Shown here piece after piece: positions 17,816 to 27,114 of a stretch of DNA of 61,114 nt; the stretch's first letter is position 1; each line of letters starts with the position of its first letter. The notes under the pieces were generated by a model. That model saw nothing but the letters and a program-made list of their open reading frames with translations, made no database searches and was not told where the DNA came from. The DNA comes from a bacterium. Lineage in GTDB: Bacteria > Desulfobacterota > DSWW01. Location: assembly GCA_040756235.1 (NCBI GenBank), contig JBFLZG010000138.1:1-61114 (forward strand), read 5' to 3'. The position numbers and the translations under genes are program-made.

Positions 17816-18598
17816 TCAGGAGGGCTTTGCGGACGCTCCGGTCAAGGTTTCGACCTGCTTCTTCATCCCCTCCAAGGAGCGGTCTGCAACCCGCTTCCCG
17901 TTGAGGAATAAGGTAGGAGTGCCCCGAACCTCGGCCTTCTTGGCATCCTCCAGGTCCGCCTGGATCTTCCGGGTCACCGCGTCGGACTGGAGATCCTGCT
18001 CGAAGCGCTGCATGTTCAGGCCGATCTTCTGGGCGTAGGCCTTGAGGTGCTGATCTTCCAGCTCCTTGGGATTTGCGTATACGAGATCATGCATCTCCCA
18101 GAACTTGCCCTGCATGCCGGCAGCGACGCAGGCCTTTGCGGCAGGCATGGCCTGCTTGTGGAACGAGAGGGGGAAGTTCTTGTACACATGCCTCAACGAG
18201 GTCGGAAATGCCTCCACGAGCTGCTGCAGGATCGGCTGCGCTCTCTGGCTGTAAGGGCACTGCATGTCCGAGAATTCCACCAGTGTCACCTTGGCGTCCG
18301 TGGCACCCCGGACAGGAGAATCCCCGATCTGGATTTCGTAGACCTTGTTGTAGTCGATGGCGGGTTGTTGGGTGCGGGCGAATATGGGAGAGCTGAGGAT
18401 CTGCTTCTGGGCGCTCTCTATTTTTTCCAGGCGCTCCAGGATCTGCTTCTGGCCGTCCTTGAGGGCCTTCAGGTCGTCTCCGGAACCCATTCCCCCTTGG
18501 CAGCCCGGAGCGAGAGTCAGGGCCCACAGGGCTGCTGCCGCCAGCCCGATCCTTCTGCCTGTGCCTGAGCTTCCAAGAATCGGATTCGTTGCCATCAT
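17816..18598 (-). CDS. DsbA/thioredoxin-fold lipoprotein with CxxS site
   Basis: Lipobox LAPGC; VEFSDMQCPYS, FPLSFH and GTPTLFLNG. Confidence 0.85.
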   Translation of the reverse strand: MMATNPILGSSGTGRRIGLAAAALWALTLAPGCQGGMGSGDDLKALKDGQKQILERLEKIESAQKQILSSPIFARTQQPAIDYNKVYEIQIGDSPVRGATDAKVTLVEFSDMQCPYSQRAQPILQQLVEAFPTSLRHVYKNFPLSFHKQAMPAAKACVAAGMQGKFWEMHDLVYANPKELEDQHLKAYAQKIGLNMQRFEQDLQSDAVTRKIQADLEDAKKAEVRGTPTLFLNGKRVADRSLEGMKKQVETLTGASAKPS

Positions 18599-18680
18599 CT
18601 GCTCCTCGTAGAAGGAATGCGTTTGCTGCACGCCTGGCACCGGTGCAGCCCGAAGCTCTCCCCTCGGCCCTCGTTCCTGG

Positions 18681-18710
18681 ATACTAGTTCCGGCCGAAGC
18701 ACGCTGTCAA
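18681..18710 (-). promoter_or_regulatory. Sigma70-type promoter for the DsbA-like gene
   Basis: Minus strand TTGACA-N18-TAGTAT. Confidence 0.5.
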
Positions 18711-18766
18711 GGAAAGCCGCGCTTGTCGAAGGATTCGAATGCGGTCTGCGGCGGACCGCGGGACCT

Positions 18767-21700
18767 CTAGAGCGGTTCGAAACGGAGCCTGGATTCCGCC
18801 ACGTTCGTCACGTCTTCCCAGAAGAGGAGCTGGGGACGGTACCGGTTGGCCAGCCAGAGGGGGACTTGGTCCCCATAGTGGATCTCGGGGTTGACCTGAA
18901 CCGGTACCGCGATCGAGCGTGCCGGATCGAGATCGTTCACGCCTCCCGGCAGGACGTTGTACGCGGTCATCACCCCCTCCTCCAACTCCACCACCATCCG
19001 CATGGCCGGCCCGCTTCCGGCGGAAAAGTCGAGGCCGTGCAGGCTGTGGTGGGCCGGGTCCACGGTCTGCCACCCTCCATTGCGCGGATACCCCTTCAAG
19101 TCCATGCCCAGGATGCCGGCCAGCACCTGCCTGCCGATGCTGTAAGAGGGCAGGTTGAAAGCCAGCAACACGCTGCCGAGCCCTTCGAGTCGAAGAGTGA
19201 GGGTGTGAATGTTCCCCCATCTCCAGGTCCCCATGTCCCGGCTTCCCATCAGATCCTCCAGGTCGGTCAGCGCCCGAGCCATGGCCCGGACCATGATCTC
19301 ATCTCGCCTCTCCTGGCGCTCGGCCGTGGTCCGGTCATCCCAGAGGAGACTCTGGCCGTCCGGGCCGAGGGTGTGGACCTCGGAGACCGAACCGGCCGGC
19401 GCCGCCGCGTCCTCGAGAATGTGCAGCAGAGCCACGGCGCGATCATCGGACCCCAACCCTTGCGGGCTCCCTGCAAACTCGTCGTTGAACACTCCTTCCG
19501 TCAAGCGGTTCAGCCAGACGAAGAAGAGGCTGGCACCTACCGAAGAATCGATATCCGCCTGCGAGGGCTGCTCCCCCGTGAACGCATCCGGGGTGCCGGC
19601 TTTACACCGCAGGTCCCACGCCTGCAGCCGGGCTTGGGCCTCCTCCAGCCTGGAACGCACCTCTGGAGCAAGCGCTTCGGTGGCCGCCGGGTCGGAGAGA
19701 GCTTCCAGGAGAAAGGGCCGGATCCGGGCGGCGAGCCGCGACAAGTGGTCTCCCTGGATGTTCTTCATCTCGTCCAGGTTGCGCTCCTCCCGGCCGAGCT
19801 CGAGCAGCCTCTCGCCGATCCTGCCGCCGCGGAATCCGACGCTGGTCGAGTAGTAGAGATAGAGCCCGTCGTTCAGCACGTCGTTGTCCTGGGCCGTCCC
19901 GGTGATGTCGTTGTTCGCGCTGGCGAGCCAGCCGCGCTCCGGGTTGCGGACCTGCGGGACCTCGTCCGCGCTGAGGAACACCGGCCTGCCCGCGCTGTCC
20001 TGAAGCCACTCGTATTCTCCCGTTCCCGGAAGTGGGAGATAAGGAGGATGCTCGGGCGTCAAAGCCGCTGCCGCACGCAACGGGATCAGGGCATGGGGGA
20101 AATAGGCGATCTCGCCCGCCACGTCGGCACCCACCCAGTTCTGGGCTCCGACGCCGAACTTCTCCAGAGCGGCATGAAATTCGTCGATATTCTGTGCGCG
20201 GAGCAGACCGAAGAAGGCTTCCAGGTCTTGCGTGATGAAGTGCCCGGACCAGCGGAAGCTGAGGTTGTTCTCGGCAGCCAGCGTGGGATCGTCGCTGTAG
20301 GGATCGCCCGGAACCTGAGGGCCGTGGTGGGGCACGTAATCGATCGGGATCTCGATCGGATCGTCCCCGCGAATGGCGAACACCTCCAGAACGGTCTCGA
20401 CCGGCACCATCTGACCCTGGAAAAAGACCTGGTCCGTTCCGTCCGCTCCCGTCTGGACGGTCTCCTCGTACACGTCTTCCACGTCATAGCCCACGACCGT
20501 GCCGCCCCAGGCCAGTCGTTCGTTGACCCCCAACATGAGGCCGGGGATCCCGGGAAAAGTACAGCCCGTGAAGTTCAAGTCGCCACCGCTGAAGGATTTG
20601 TTGTCGCAGTGGGTGGGGTAGAAGATCGAAGGGTTCGAGAGCGACAGATGCGGATCGTTGCACAGCATCGCGACCCCGGACGCGGTCATCTCGGGCGCGA
20701 GGATCCAGTTGTTGCTGAAAGGCCGGTCGGTCGTCTGCCAGATCGTTTCCCGGACCCTTTCCAACCGCAGGAGCGTCTGGCTCAGATGCCGATTCCTTTC
20801 CGGTTCCGTGCGCCCGGGGGCTTCCTCTCCCGGTGCGAACGGCGTCGCGGCCGCGGTCCTCTCCGAAGCCGCCGCCTGCTTGAACGATGCCGGCCCCAGG
20901 TATCCCGATTCTCCCGGCGCCAGGATGGTCGCCGGGTCCGGGGGCTTGGCGCGGAACACGTCGGCGAGCGTTCCGGCGGGAAGCGTCCCGGCCTGTTCCG
21001 CCTGGACGACCCAGTCCCACTGCAGCTTGCGGCGGATTTCCTCGTGGAGGGTGCTCGAGAGCTCGTACTGCTGGAGCCTTCCGATCGCCACGATCTGCTC
21101 CACCGTCATGGGTTCGATCTCATAGGGGCCGAGCAGGTTGAGCAGCTGGTGCTGCTGGGAAAGGGCCGCACCGTTGCGGCCCTCGCGCAGGTCCTCGATG
21201 TAGGCGTTGATTCCCTCCACGAAGACCACGAGGGACGCGAACACCTCGGGAGCGTCCCGCGCGATCGCCTCGGTCATGACCTCGTCCACGTGTCCGACCT
21301 GCCCTCCCTCACGCGTGAGAAAGGCCGTCCTGAAAAACAGGTCGGTCTCGAGAACGCTCCTGTTCAAGGCCGTGCCCAGAAGCTCGGCGAGCCTGCCCTG
21401 GGCCACCTTGCGGAAGAAATCGATCTGAAACAGCCGGTGGCGGGCCATGAGGTAGCCCTGGATGCGAAGCAGGTCCTCGGGGTTGTCCTCCATCGTGTAG
21501 ATGTGATGCACCCCCCAGGGGTCCACCAGGACATCCACGACGCCCTGGACGCCCGGGATCTTCAGGGTCTCCGCAGCCTCGACCGCATCCACCTCGACCG
21601 GCGCGAAGGTGAGTCGGACCTCGGCCGAGGCGGCTGCGCCCTGGTGCCCGGCAGCGACGAAACGCAGGACGTTCTGGCCCTGAGCCATTCCCTGCACGGC

Positions 21701-21994
21701 CCCCTCGGCCTGAGTGCCGCTGACCCGCAGATGGGGGGCGGCATCCCGGCCGTTGAGCAGGACCTGCAGGCCGGCAGGATCGATCTCGGAGCTCAGGGAG
21801 AGCGCAAACCGCACGCTGTGTGTCCTCACGACCTCACCCTGCTGAGGGGACAGGATGCGGATGTCCTGGCCAGCGCCTCCGGAGATCTTCTCGTCATCAT
21901 CGCCGCAGCCCTGGGCCAACAGACCGGCGAGACCCGCGATCGACAATAGCCTGCCGGCCAGACGAAGCGCCGGGCTCCGACGGTTCCGATTCAT
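18767..21994 (-). CDS. Penicillin acylase (S45 Ntn-hydrolase) family lipoprotein
   Basis: Lipobox LAQGC; DPWGVHHIY, RLFQIDF, SNNW nucleophile, NDPHL and ASANN. Confidence 0.9.
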   Translation of the reverse strand: MNRNRRSPALRLAGRLLSIAGLAGLLAQGCGDDDEKISGGAGQDIRILSPQQGEVVRTHSVRFALSLSSEIDPAGLQVLLNGRDAAPHLRVSGTQAEGAVQGMAQGQNVLRFVAAGHQGAAASAEVRLTFAPVEVDAVEAAETLKIPGVQGVVDVLVDPWGVHHIYTMEDNPEDLLRIQGYLMARHRLFQIDFFRKVAQGRLAELLGTALNRSVLETDLFFRTAFLTREGGQVGHVDEVMTEAIARDAPEVFASLVVFVEGINAYIEDLREGRNGAALSQQHQLLNLLGPYEIEPMTVEQIVAIGRLQQYELSSTLHEEIRRKLQWDWVVQAEQAGTLPAGTLADVFRAKPPDPATILAPGESGYLGPASFKQAAASERTAAATPFAPGEEAPGRTEPERNRHLSQTLLRLERVRETIWQTTDRPFSNNWILAPEMTASGVAMLCNDPHLSLSNPSIFYPTHCDNKSFSGGDLNFTGCTFPGIPGLMLGVNERLAWGGTVVGYDVEDVYEETVQTGADGTDQVFFQGQMVPVETVLEVFAIRGDDPIEIPIDYVPHHGPQVPGDPYSDDPTLAAENNLSFRWSGHFITQDLEAFFGLLRAQNIDEFHAALEKFGVGAQNWVGADVAGEIAYFPHALIPLRAAAALTPEHPPYLPLPGTGEYEWLQDSAGRPVFLSADEVPQVRNPERGWLASANNDITGTAQDNDVLNDGLYLYYSTSVGFRGGRIGERLLELGREERNLDEMKNIQGDHLSRLAARIRPFLLEALSDPAATEALAPEVRSRLEEAQARLQAWDLRCKAGTPDAFTGEQPSQADIDSSVGASLFFVWLNRLTEGVFNDEFAGSPQGLGSDDRAVALLHILEDAAAPAGSVSEVHTLGPDGQSLLWDDRTTAERQERRDEIMVRAMARALTDLEDLMGSRDMGTWRWGNIHTLTLRLEGLGSVLLAFNLPSYSIGRQVLAGILGMDLKGYPRNGGWQTVDPAHHSLHGLDFSAGSGPAMRMVVELEEGVMTAYNVLPGGVNDLDPARSIAVPVQVNPEIHYGDQVPLWLANRYRPQLLFWEDVTNVAESRLRFEPL

Positions 21995-22190
21995 GGCGAC
22001 TCCTTTACTGGCAAGGGTTCGCGCGCTCACATCTGCACGACAACTCGGTCGGGCGACCCGCCGGCAGGCTGAGGTCGCGGGACTGCAGCAGCATTTGTTC
22101 GGTGGATACATTATAACGAAATTCTTCAGAATGAATGCAAGAAGATTCCCGGACGATGGTCCTCGGACGGTGCGGGACGGAAAGCACCGC

Positions 22191-22220
22191 TTGACCCCGT
22201 TCGATCCCTGATCCTATATT
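22191..22220 (+). promoter_or_regulatory. Sigma70-type promoter
   Basis: TTGACC-N18-TATATT; a divergent minus-strand TATAAT lies at 22110-22115. Confidence 0.45.
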
Positions 22221-22336
22221 CCTCGGCGCGGCGTGAAGGCCCGATCGAAGCGCAAGGGGAAGCAGCTCGGCGGAATCACTCAACCAGTCAAGAGGCAAGA
22301 GAAGGTCTCGAGTTCCCTCGAGGAGGAAGGGCGAAC

Positions 22337-23254
22337 ATGGCGCCGGAAAGAAGGAGCAAGAGGGGTCACACGGTGGTCGATTCCGACTTTCTGAGCCAGG
22401 GGACCCGCTGTGCCGGCTGGCTCTTCCGACCGGGCGGGGTCGCCGATCCGCCCGTCGTCGTCATGGCGCACGGGTTTGCCGCCGAGAGGACCTTCAGACT
22501 GCCGGCCTTTGCCGAGCGCTTCGCGGAAAAGGGCATCGCGGCCTTCGTCTTCGACTACAGGAACTTCGGCTCGAGCGACGGAGAACCCCGCAACCTCGTC
22601 CACCCGGCCAAGCACCTGCAGGACTGGGAAGCCGCGGTCGCTCACGTCCGGTCCATGAGGGGCGTCCACAATCAGAGACTAGCACTCTGGGGTTCCTCGT
22701 TCAGCGGAGGTCATGTGATCGTGACGGCCGCCAGGGACTCCAGAATCGCGGCCATCGTCTCCCAGGTTCCCTTTGTGGACGGCTTGGCGACGATCGGCAC
22801 CTTGGGCATCAAGTACGCGCTCCAGGCCTTTGTCGCGGGCATGAAGGACGTCGCCCGGGTGCTCACCTTCCGCCCACCGTACTGCGTGCCGGTCGTGGGA
22901 CCTCCGGATCGCTTTGCGGCCATGAACAAGCCGGATGCCATGAAAGGCTACCTGGCCATCGTGCCTCCGGGTTCCTCGTGGCGAAACGAGTGCCCGGCCC
23001 GGGTTCTTCTCGCCACCCCGTTCTACCGGCCGATTTCGCACGCAGCCAACGTGAGCTGTCCGGCTCTCCTGGTGGTGGCCGACAAGGACGCCCTGATCCC
23101 TGCAGAGGCCGTGCTCCGGACTGCGGCCAAGATGCCGAAAGCCGAGGTCGTCCGCATGCCGGTCGGCCATTTCGATGTATATGTCGGGGAAATCTTCGAC
23201 GAGGTGGTGCAGGCGGAGAGCGAGTTCCTGGCCAGACACCTCCTGGCAGGCTGA
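22337..23254 (+). CDS. Alpha/beta hydrolase (S15/S33-like)
   Basis: VVMAHGF, FDYRNFGSSDGEPR, WGSSFSGG and GHFDVY. Confidence 0.85.
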   Translation: MAPERRSKRGHTVVDSDFLSQGTRCAGWLFRPGGVADPPVVVMAHGFAAERTFRLPAFAERFAEKGIAAFVFDYRNFGSSDGEPRNLVHPAKHLQDWEAAVAHVRSMRGVHNQRLALWGSSFSGGHVIVTAARDSRIAAIVSQVPFVDGLATIGTLGIKYALQAFVAGMKDVARVLTFRPPYCVPVVGPPDRFAAMNKPDAMKGYLAIVPPGSSWRNECPARVLLATPFYRPISHAANVSCPALLVVADKDALIPAEAVLRTAAKMPKAEVVRMPVGHFDVYVGEIFDEVVQAESEFLARHLLAG

Positions 23255-23281
23255 GGAACAGCATCCCGCCATCGCATCCGT

Positions 23282-23301
23282 GAGGCTGTCGATAAACGGC
23301 C
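23282..23301 (-). repeat. Repeat family copy 7 (20-nt end only, reversed)
   Basis: gaggctgtcgataaacggcc is the exact reverse complement of the copy 4 right end. Confidence 0.8.
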
Positions 23302-23341
23302 CTGCTGGGGAAAGGCGAGGCGGACAAGCGGATCCGGAAGA

Positions 23342-24820
23342 TCAGCCGTCGAGGGCGCTCATGCGGGCGAGCGCCTGAGTCAGGAGCCTCCAGAAGCGCT
23401 CCACCGAGGGAATGCTCACTTTCTCGCGAGGCGAGTGGGGGTCCCGGATCTCCGGGCCGAAAGAGATCATCCTCATGTTCTCGTACTTCCCCGCCAGGAC
23501 CGCCGGCTCCAGCCCGGCGTGCAATGCTTTGATCACAGGGTTCGTGCCGAAAAGATCGCGGTAAGTCTCCGTCATCCGCGCCACCAGCGGCGACTCCGGG
23601 TCCGGCAGCCATCCCGGATAGCCCTCGGGCTGCCGGATCTTCAGAGCCGCCACGCGGGCCAGGGCCCGCAGGGAGCCCCTCACCTCCTCGAGAGCCGCTG
23701 CCCGGGCGCTCCGGCTGCTCGCGACGATTTCGACCCGGGCGTCCTCGGTCCGCACCGAAGCCAGGTTCGTCGAGGTCTCTACCAGTCCCGGGATCGCCGG
23801 GCTCATGGCCAGCACCCCATGGGGCAGGATCCGCAGCAGATCCATCAGCAATTGCCGCTGCTCGCTGCGCAGCGGCAGACCGGGCTCCGCTGCAGGCGAC
23901 AGAGCCCACTCCAGCTCAGGATCGGTCGCTCGGTAATCTGCTCGCGCACTTCCCAGTACCTGGTCAAGGACTTTCCGGGCGCGCTCGATCTCCCCGATCT
24001 CCTCTTTGCCGAGGCGCAACAGTGCCCGCGCCTCCCGGGGAATGGCGTTGTGCTTGTCTCCGCCGTGGATGCCGATCAGCTCGAACGGAATCGATCCGCT
24101 CAACGCATCCAGGGCGCCGGCCAGAATCTTCAGCGCGTTCCCTCGGCCCAGGTGGATATCGATGCCGGAGTGGCCCCCCCGGAGCCCTTTGACCTTCAAC
24201 TCCAGCTCGACCCCCGGTGCCGCAGCATCCCTTCGCTCCAGAGGCATTTCCAGGAAGGTGTCCGCTCCCCCGGCGCAGCCGATCACCAGAGCGCCTTCCT
24301 CTTCGCTGTCCAGGTTGAGCAGAATCCGTCCTTCAAGGAGGCCTTTCTCCAGGGCCGAGGCGCCGTGCAGGCCTCTTTCTTCGTCGACCGTAAAGAGCGC
24401 TTCGAGGGGCCCGTGCACCAGCCGCCGGTCCTCCAGCAGCGCGAGCATCGCCGCGACACCGATTCCGTTGTCGGCACCGAGCGTAGTTCCATCGGCCGAG
24501 ATCCAGTCGCCCTCCCGGACGACCTCGATGGGGTCCGTCGCGAAGTCGTGGGACACGTCGAGGTTCTTTTCGCACACCATGTCGAGATGAGACTGCAGGA
24601 CCACGCCGGGTGAGTCGGCCATGTCCGGATGCGGCCGTTTCCGCACGATCACGTTGCCTGCCGCGTCGGTCACGAACGACAGGCCGTTCCTTGCCGCGAT
24701 CTCCAGCACATGATTCCTCACCCTCTCCTCGCACCCCGAGCACCTCGGAACAGAGGTGATCCCCAGAAAATGCTCCCACAGCCCTCTCGGCTCCAGATGA
24801 CCCAGCGATCTCTTCTTCAA
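23342..24820 (-). CDS. pepD: Aminoacyl-histidine dipeptidase (M20C)
   Basis: LQSHLDMV, TLGADNGIG, TVDEE, GGHSG, HAGLE and HSPRE; TTG start inferred. Confidence 0.9.
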   Translation of the reverse strand: MKKRSLGHLEPRGLWEHFLGITSVPRCSGCEERVRNHVLEIAARNGLSFVTDAAGNVIVRKRPHPDMADSPGVVLQSHLDMVCEKNLDVSHDFATDPIEVVREGDWISADGTTLGADNGIGVAAMLALLEDRRLVHGPLEALFTVDEERGLHGASALEKGLLEGRILLNLDSEEEGALVIGCAGGADTFLEMPLERRDAAAPGVELELKVKGLRGGHSGIDIHLGRGNALKILAGALDALSGSIPFELIGIHGGDKHNAIPREARALLRLGKEEIGEIERARKVLDQVLGSARADYRATDPELEWALSPAAEPGLPLRSEQRQLLMDLLRILPHGVLAMSPAIPGLVETSTNLASVRTEDARVEIVASSRSARAAALEEVRGSLRALARVAALKIRQPEGYPGWLPDPESPLVARMTETYRDLFGTNPVIKALHAGLEPAVLAGKYENMRMISFGPEIRDPHSPREKVSIPSVERFWRLLTQALARMSALDG

Positions 24821-24987
24821 GGAATCCTCTCCTTGCGGCTCGAAGGCGGACGCTACCATCGTAGCGGGCGCGTGGGGTGCTTTACAACTCCGCCCAGCGC
24901 AGTGACAATCGATCATGGAACCTCGTCACAGGGGCGAGGTACCGCCCTTCCACTCGATCGAACCGCCTGCGGGGCGTTGCCTTCTGC

Positions 24988-25734
24988 ATGCGTTCCAATC
25001 GTCTGGCCAAGGTCAAGCAGCCCCGGGTACGGCCCAGGCCCAAGTGTCTGTCGTGCGGAAGGGCGTTGCCGCCGCCGAAGCGCCGGTATTGCACCGACTA
25101 CTGCAGGGAGACGTTGGAAGCCAAGCTCGAGCTCTCGGTGGGGCTCCTGAACGCCCTCAACGTACGGTTCGCCACGTTCACCTTCACGGACTCCAGCCTC
25201 TGCCTTCACGTTCTCCCCGAGAGGTCCGAAGTCTTCAGCTTCCGCCGCGAGAGGAGTCCCTATCGAAAGCCCGCTCAGGACCTGTGGAACCTCGTCGAGA
25301 GCCTCGGAGCCAGCTGGCACCTGGTCGTGAAGCAGACCGGGAAGAGGTACCTCGCGACCCGGCAGGTGCTGGAGCGCGCGTTGCGCCAAGAAGCGTCCCG
25401 GGCGGAGGTCATCCCGGTCGAGGAGAGGGAGTTCCTTTTCAGCCGTGACTCCCTCAGCCGTCTGCGCTTGACTCCGGCAGATCTCTTGTCCCCTCAGGCA
25501 AAGCACGCGGTGAAGTCGGCCTACAGGAGAGAAGCCAAGCGCCACCACCCCGACCGCGGAGGCAACCCGAGGCTCTTCCGGGAGATCCATGCAGCGCACC
25601 TGGATCTCCTGAGCTGGATCGATCACCCGCGCTATCTCACCCGCAGAGGAGTTCCGAACAAATGGAGCTACGACCGGTATCGGAGAGCGAGGAAATGGCT
25701 TCCCCCGCCGATTCCAAAGAAGGGATGGCGCTGA
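24988..25734 (+). CDS. Protein with N-terminal Cys cluster and C-terminal J-domain
   Basis: CLSC...YCTDYC; VKSAYRREAKRHHPDRGG. Confidence 0.75.
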   Translation: MRSNRLAKVKQPRVRPRPKCLSCGRALPPPKRRYCTDYCRETLEAKLELSVGLLNALNVRFATFTFTDSSLCLHVLPERSEVFSFRRERSPYRKPAQDLWNLVESLGASWHLVVKQTGKRYLATRQVLERALRQEASRAEVIPVEEREFLFSRDSLSRLRLTPADLLSPQAKHAVKSAYRREAKRHHPDRGGNPRLFREIHAAHLDLLSWIDHPRYLTRRGVPNKWSYDRYRRARKWLPPPIPKKGWR

Positions 25735-25807
25735 GCGCGACCGCTCGAGAACACTTCAGAGAAGGTGGGCGAGGAGTAGAGGATGCATTCCATGGCCGCA
25801 GAGGTCT

Positions 25808-26128
25808 CTACCAAGCATGGATCCGCTTGTACACGAGAAACGAGTTGATCGTGAGCGAGTGAACCCAGGACAAGAGCGTGGATCTTGCGCCAGACCTGAC
25901 TTGATGGCTCCTGATCTTGATGTAGAGTCCGGTGCGGATCTGACGGATGATCTCTTCCGTGTCCTCCCCGTTCCTGCAGAGCAGTCGCAGCCGCCAGAGG
26001 ATGATGGGCCGATACCTCGCCTCCAGCTCATCGAAAGCCTCGTCAGCACCCTCACGCACCATCTGGACCAGCTCCGAATCGGACGCCCAGCACGCCGGGG
26101 ATTGCGTATACGCCAGGTTTTCCGCCAT
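25808..26128 (-). CDS. Sigma70/ECF region-2-only protein (or truncated sigma factor)
   Basis: SDSELV...GADEAFDELEARY...EDTEEI...LLSWVHSLTIN; stops before any region 4. Confidence 0.6.
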   Translation of the reverse strand: MAENLAYTQSPACWASDSELVQMVREGADEAFDELEARYRPIILWRLRLLCRNGEDTEEIIRQIRTGLYIKIRSHQVRSGARSTLLSWVHSLTINSFLVYKRIHAW

Positions 26129-26573
26129 GATTCTTTCTCCTTCCCAAGGAAGCCTAGCAAGGGAACCGGATCGTAAAGGATGGTCCATGATACCGAAGGA
26201 TTCGCCCGGACCGAATCAGGTGCTCCCGGTATTCTCGACCCTTGTTCCACCCCAATTGTCCCGGGAATTTTGCCACTTTTGGGAGAGACGCCGTAGGATC
26301 CGGTGGCCCTCTCGAGACCTCCGGCCACGGCGGAAAGGGGTGAACGTCGGACTGGCGACGATCCGCCTCGAGGGGCGCTTGGAGGTCCGGAAAGCTTGGG
26401 CGCTGGAGGTCTGACCGCGGGTTGCAATCGTACGGAGCTCAAGGGTAAACTCCCTTCACGATCGAGTGCTCTCGGCATCCCATAGGCCGAGAAGCCGCGA
26501 CCCGGGCCTGGATCGGCCCAAGCTGTGAAGGCTGCCGCCGAGCCCCTCAGATCTGCATGATGAGAAAGATCAC

Positions 26574-26646
26574 GCCCCCGTAGCTCAGAGGATAGAGCAC
26601 AGGATTCCTAATCCTGGTGCCGCGTGTTCGAGTCACGCCGGGGGCA
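26574..26646 (+). tRNA. tRNA-Arg(CCT); CCA not encoded
   Basis: Acceptor gcccccg/cgggggc, D-arm gctc/gagc, anticodon arm cagga-ttCCTaa-tcctg, T-arm gcgtg-ttcgagt-cacgc. Confidence 0.95.
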
Positions 26647-26658
26647 CCTAGGTGAATC

Positions 26659-26692
26659 AAGGGTTTAGGATCAAGTCCTAAACCCTTTTGTT
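26659..26692 (+). terminator. Intrinsic terminator-like hairpin after the tRNA
   Basis: Perfect 12-bp stem aagggtttagga/tcctaaaccctt followed by a T-rich tail. Confidence 0.7.
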
Positions 26693-27114
26693 ATGCGTTG
26701 CCAGCAGCTGCTCCTTCGTGGTCTGGCCCCCCCACCCGGATCAAACACCCGACTTTCCCAGTCTCGCCGTGGCGCCCGGTCCTCGGCCATGGCGCCCCTC
26801 ACGGGTCCTCCGATGTTTCTCTTCAGCCGCTCGCCGCTCCTGCTCGGACTCGAACTCGCCGGCTCTTGCACGGTGTGCGCCCCGCCGGAGTCTCCTTGAC
26901 ATCCATGTCGGTGCTCCTGTCCGGGCATCTGCTCAGCAAGCGGGAAGCCGTTCGGACCTTTCCTGAACAACCAGGCTCGGGAGGAGATCCCCCGTTCGGA
27001 ACGTCTCTCTCTGGATAAATGCAGTAGAATATGCTTTTATTGATTTCATGGCGGGACGAGAGGTTGGCGGCCAAGCCTCGGGGAACACCTCTCCCGCAGG
27101 AGAGGAAACGGGAA

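Noticed and set aside
18617..21949. 1110-aa plus-strand ORF and other long antisense or alternate-frame ORFs (e.g. 44123-46159, 7749-9410, 2865-4328)
   Set aside because: Shadow ORFs of motif-bearing genes, expected at this GC content; no recognisable motifs.
22221..22336. SRP RNA suggested by GGAAGCAGC
   Set aside because: The partner CAGG and the GNRA-capped helix of SRP domain IV are absent.
26440..26460. RNase P RNA suggested by GGTAAACTCC
   Set aside because: No GAGGAAAGTCC or 3' AGAACCCGGCTTA-type conserved elements nearby.
26646..26650. tRNA lacking encoded CCA as a sign of pseudogenisation
   Set aside because: All arms pair correctly and many bacteria add CCA enzymatically.
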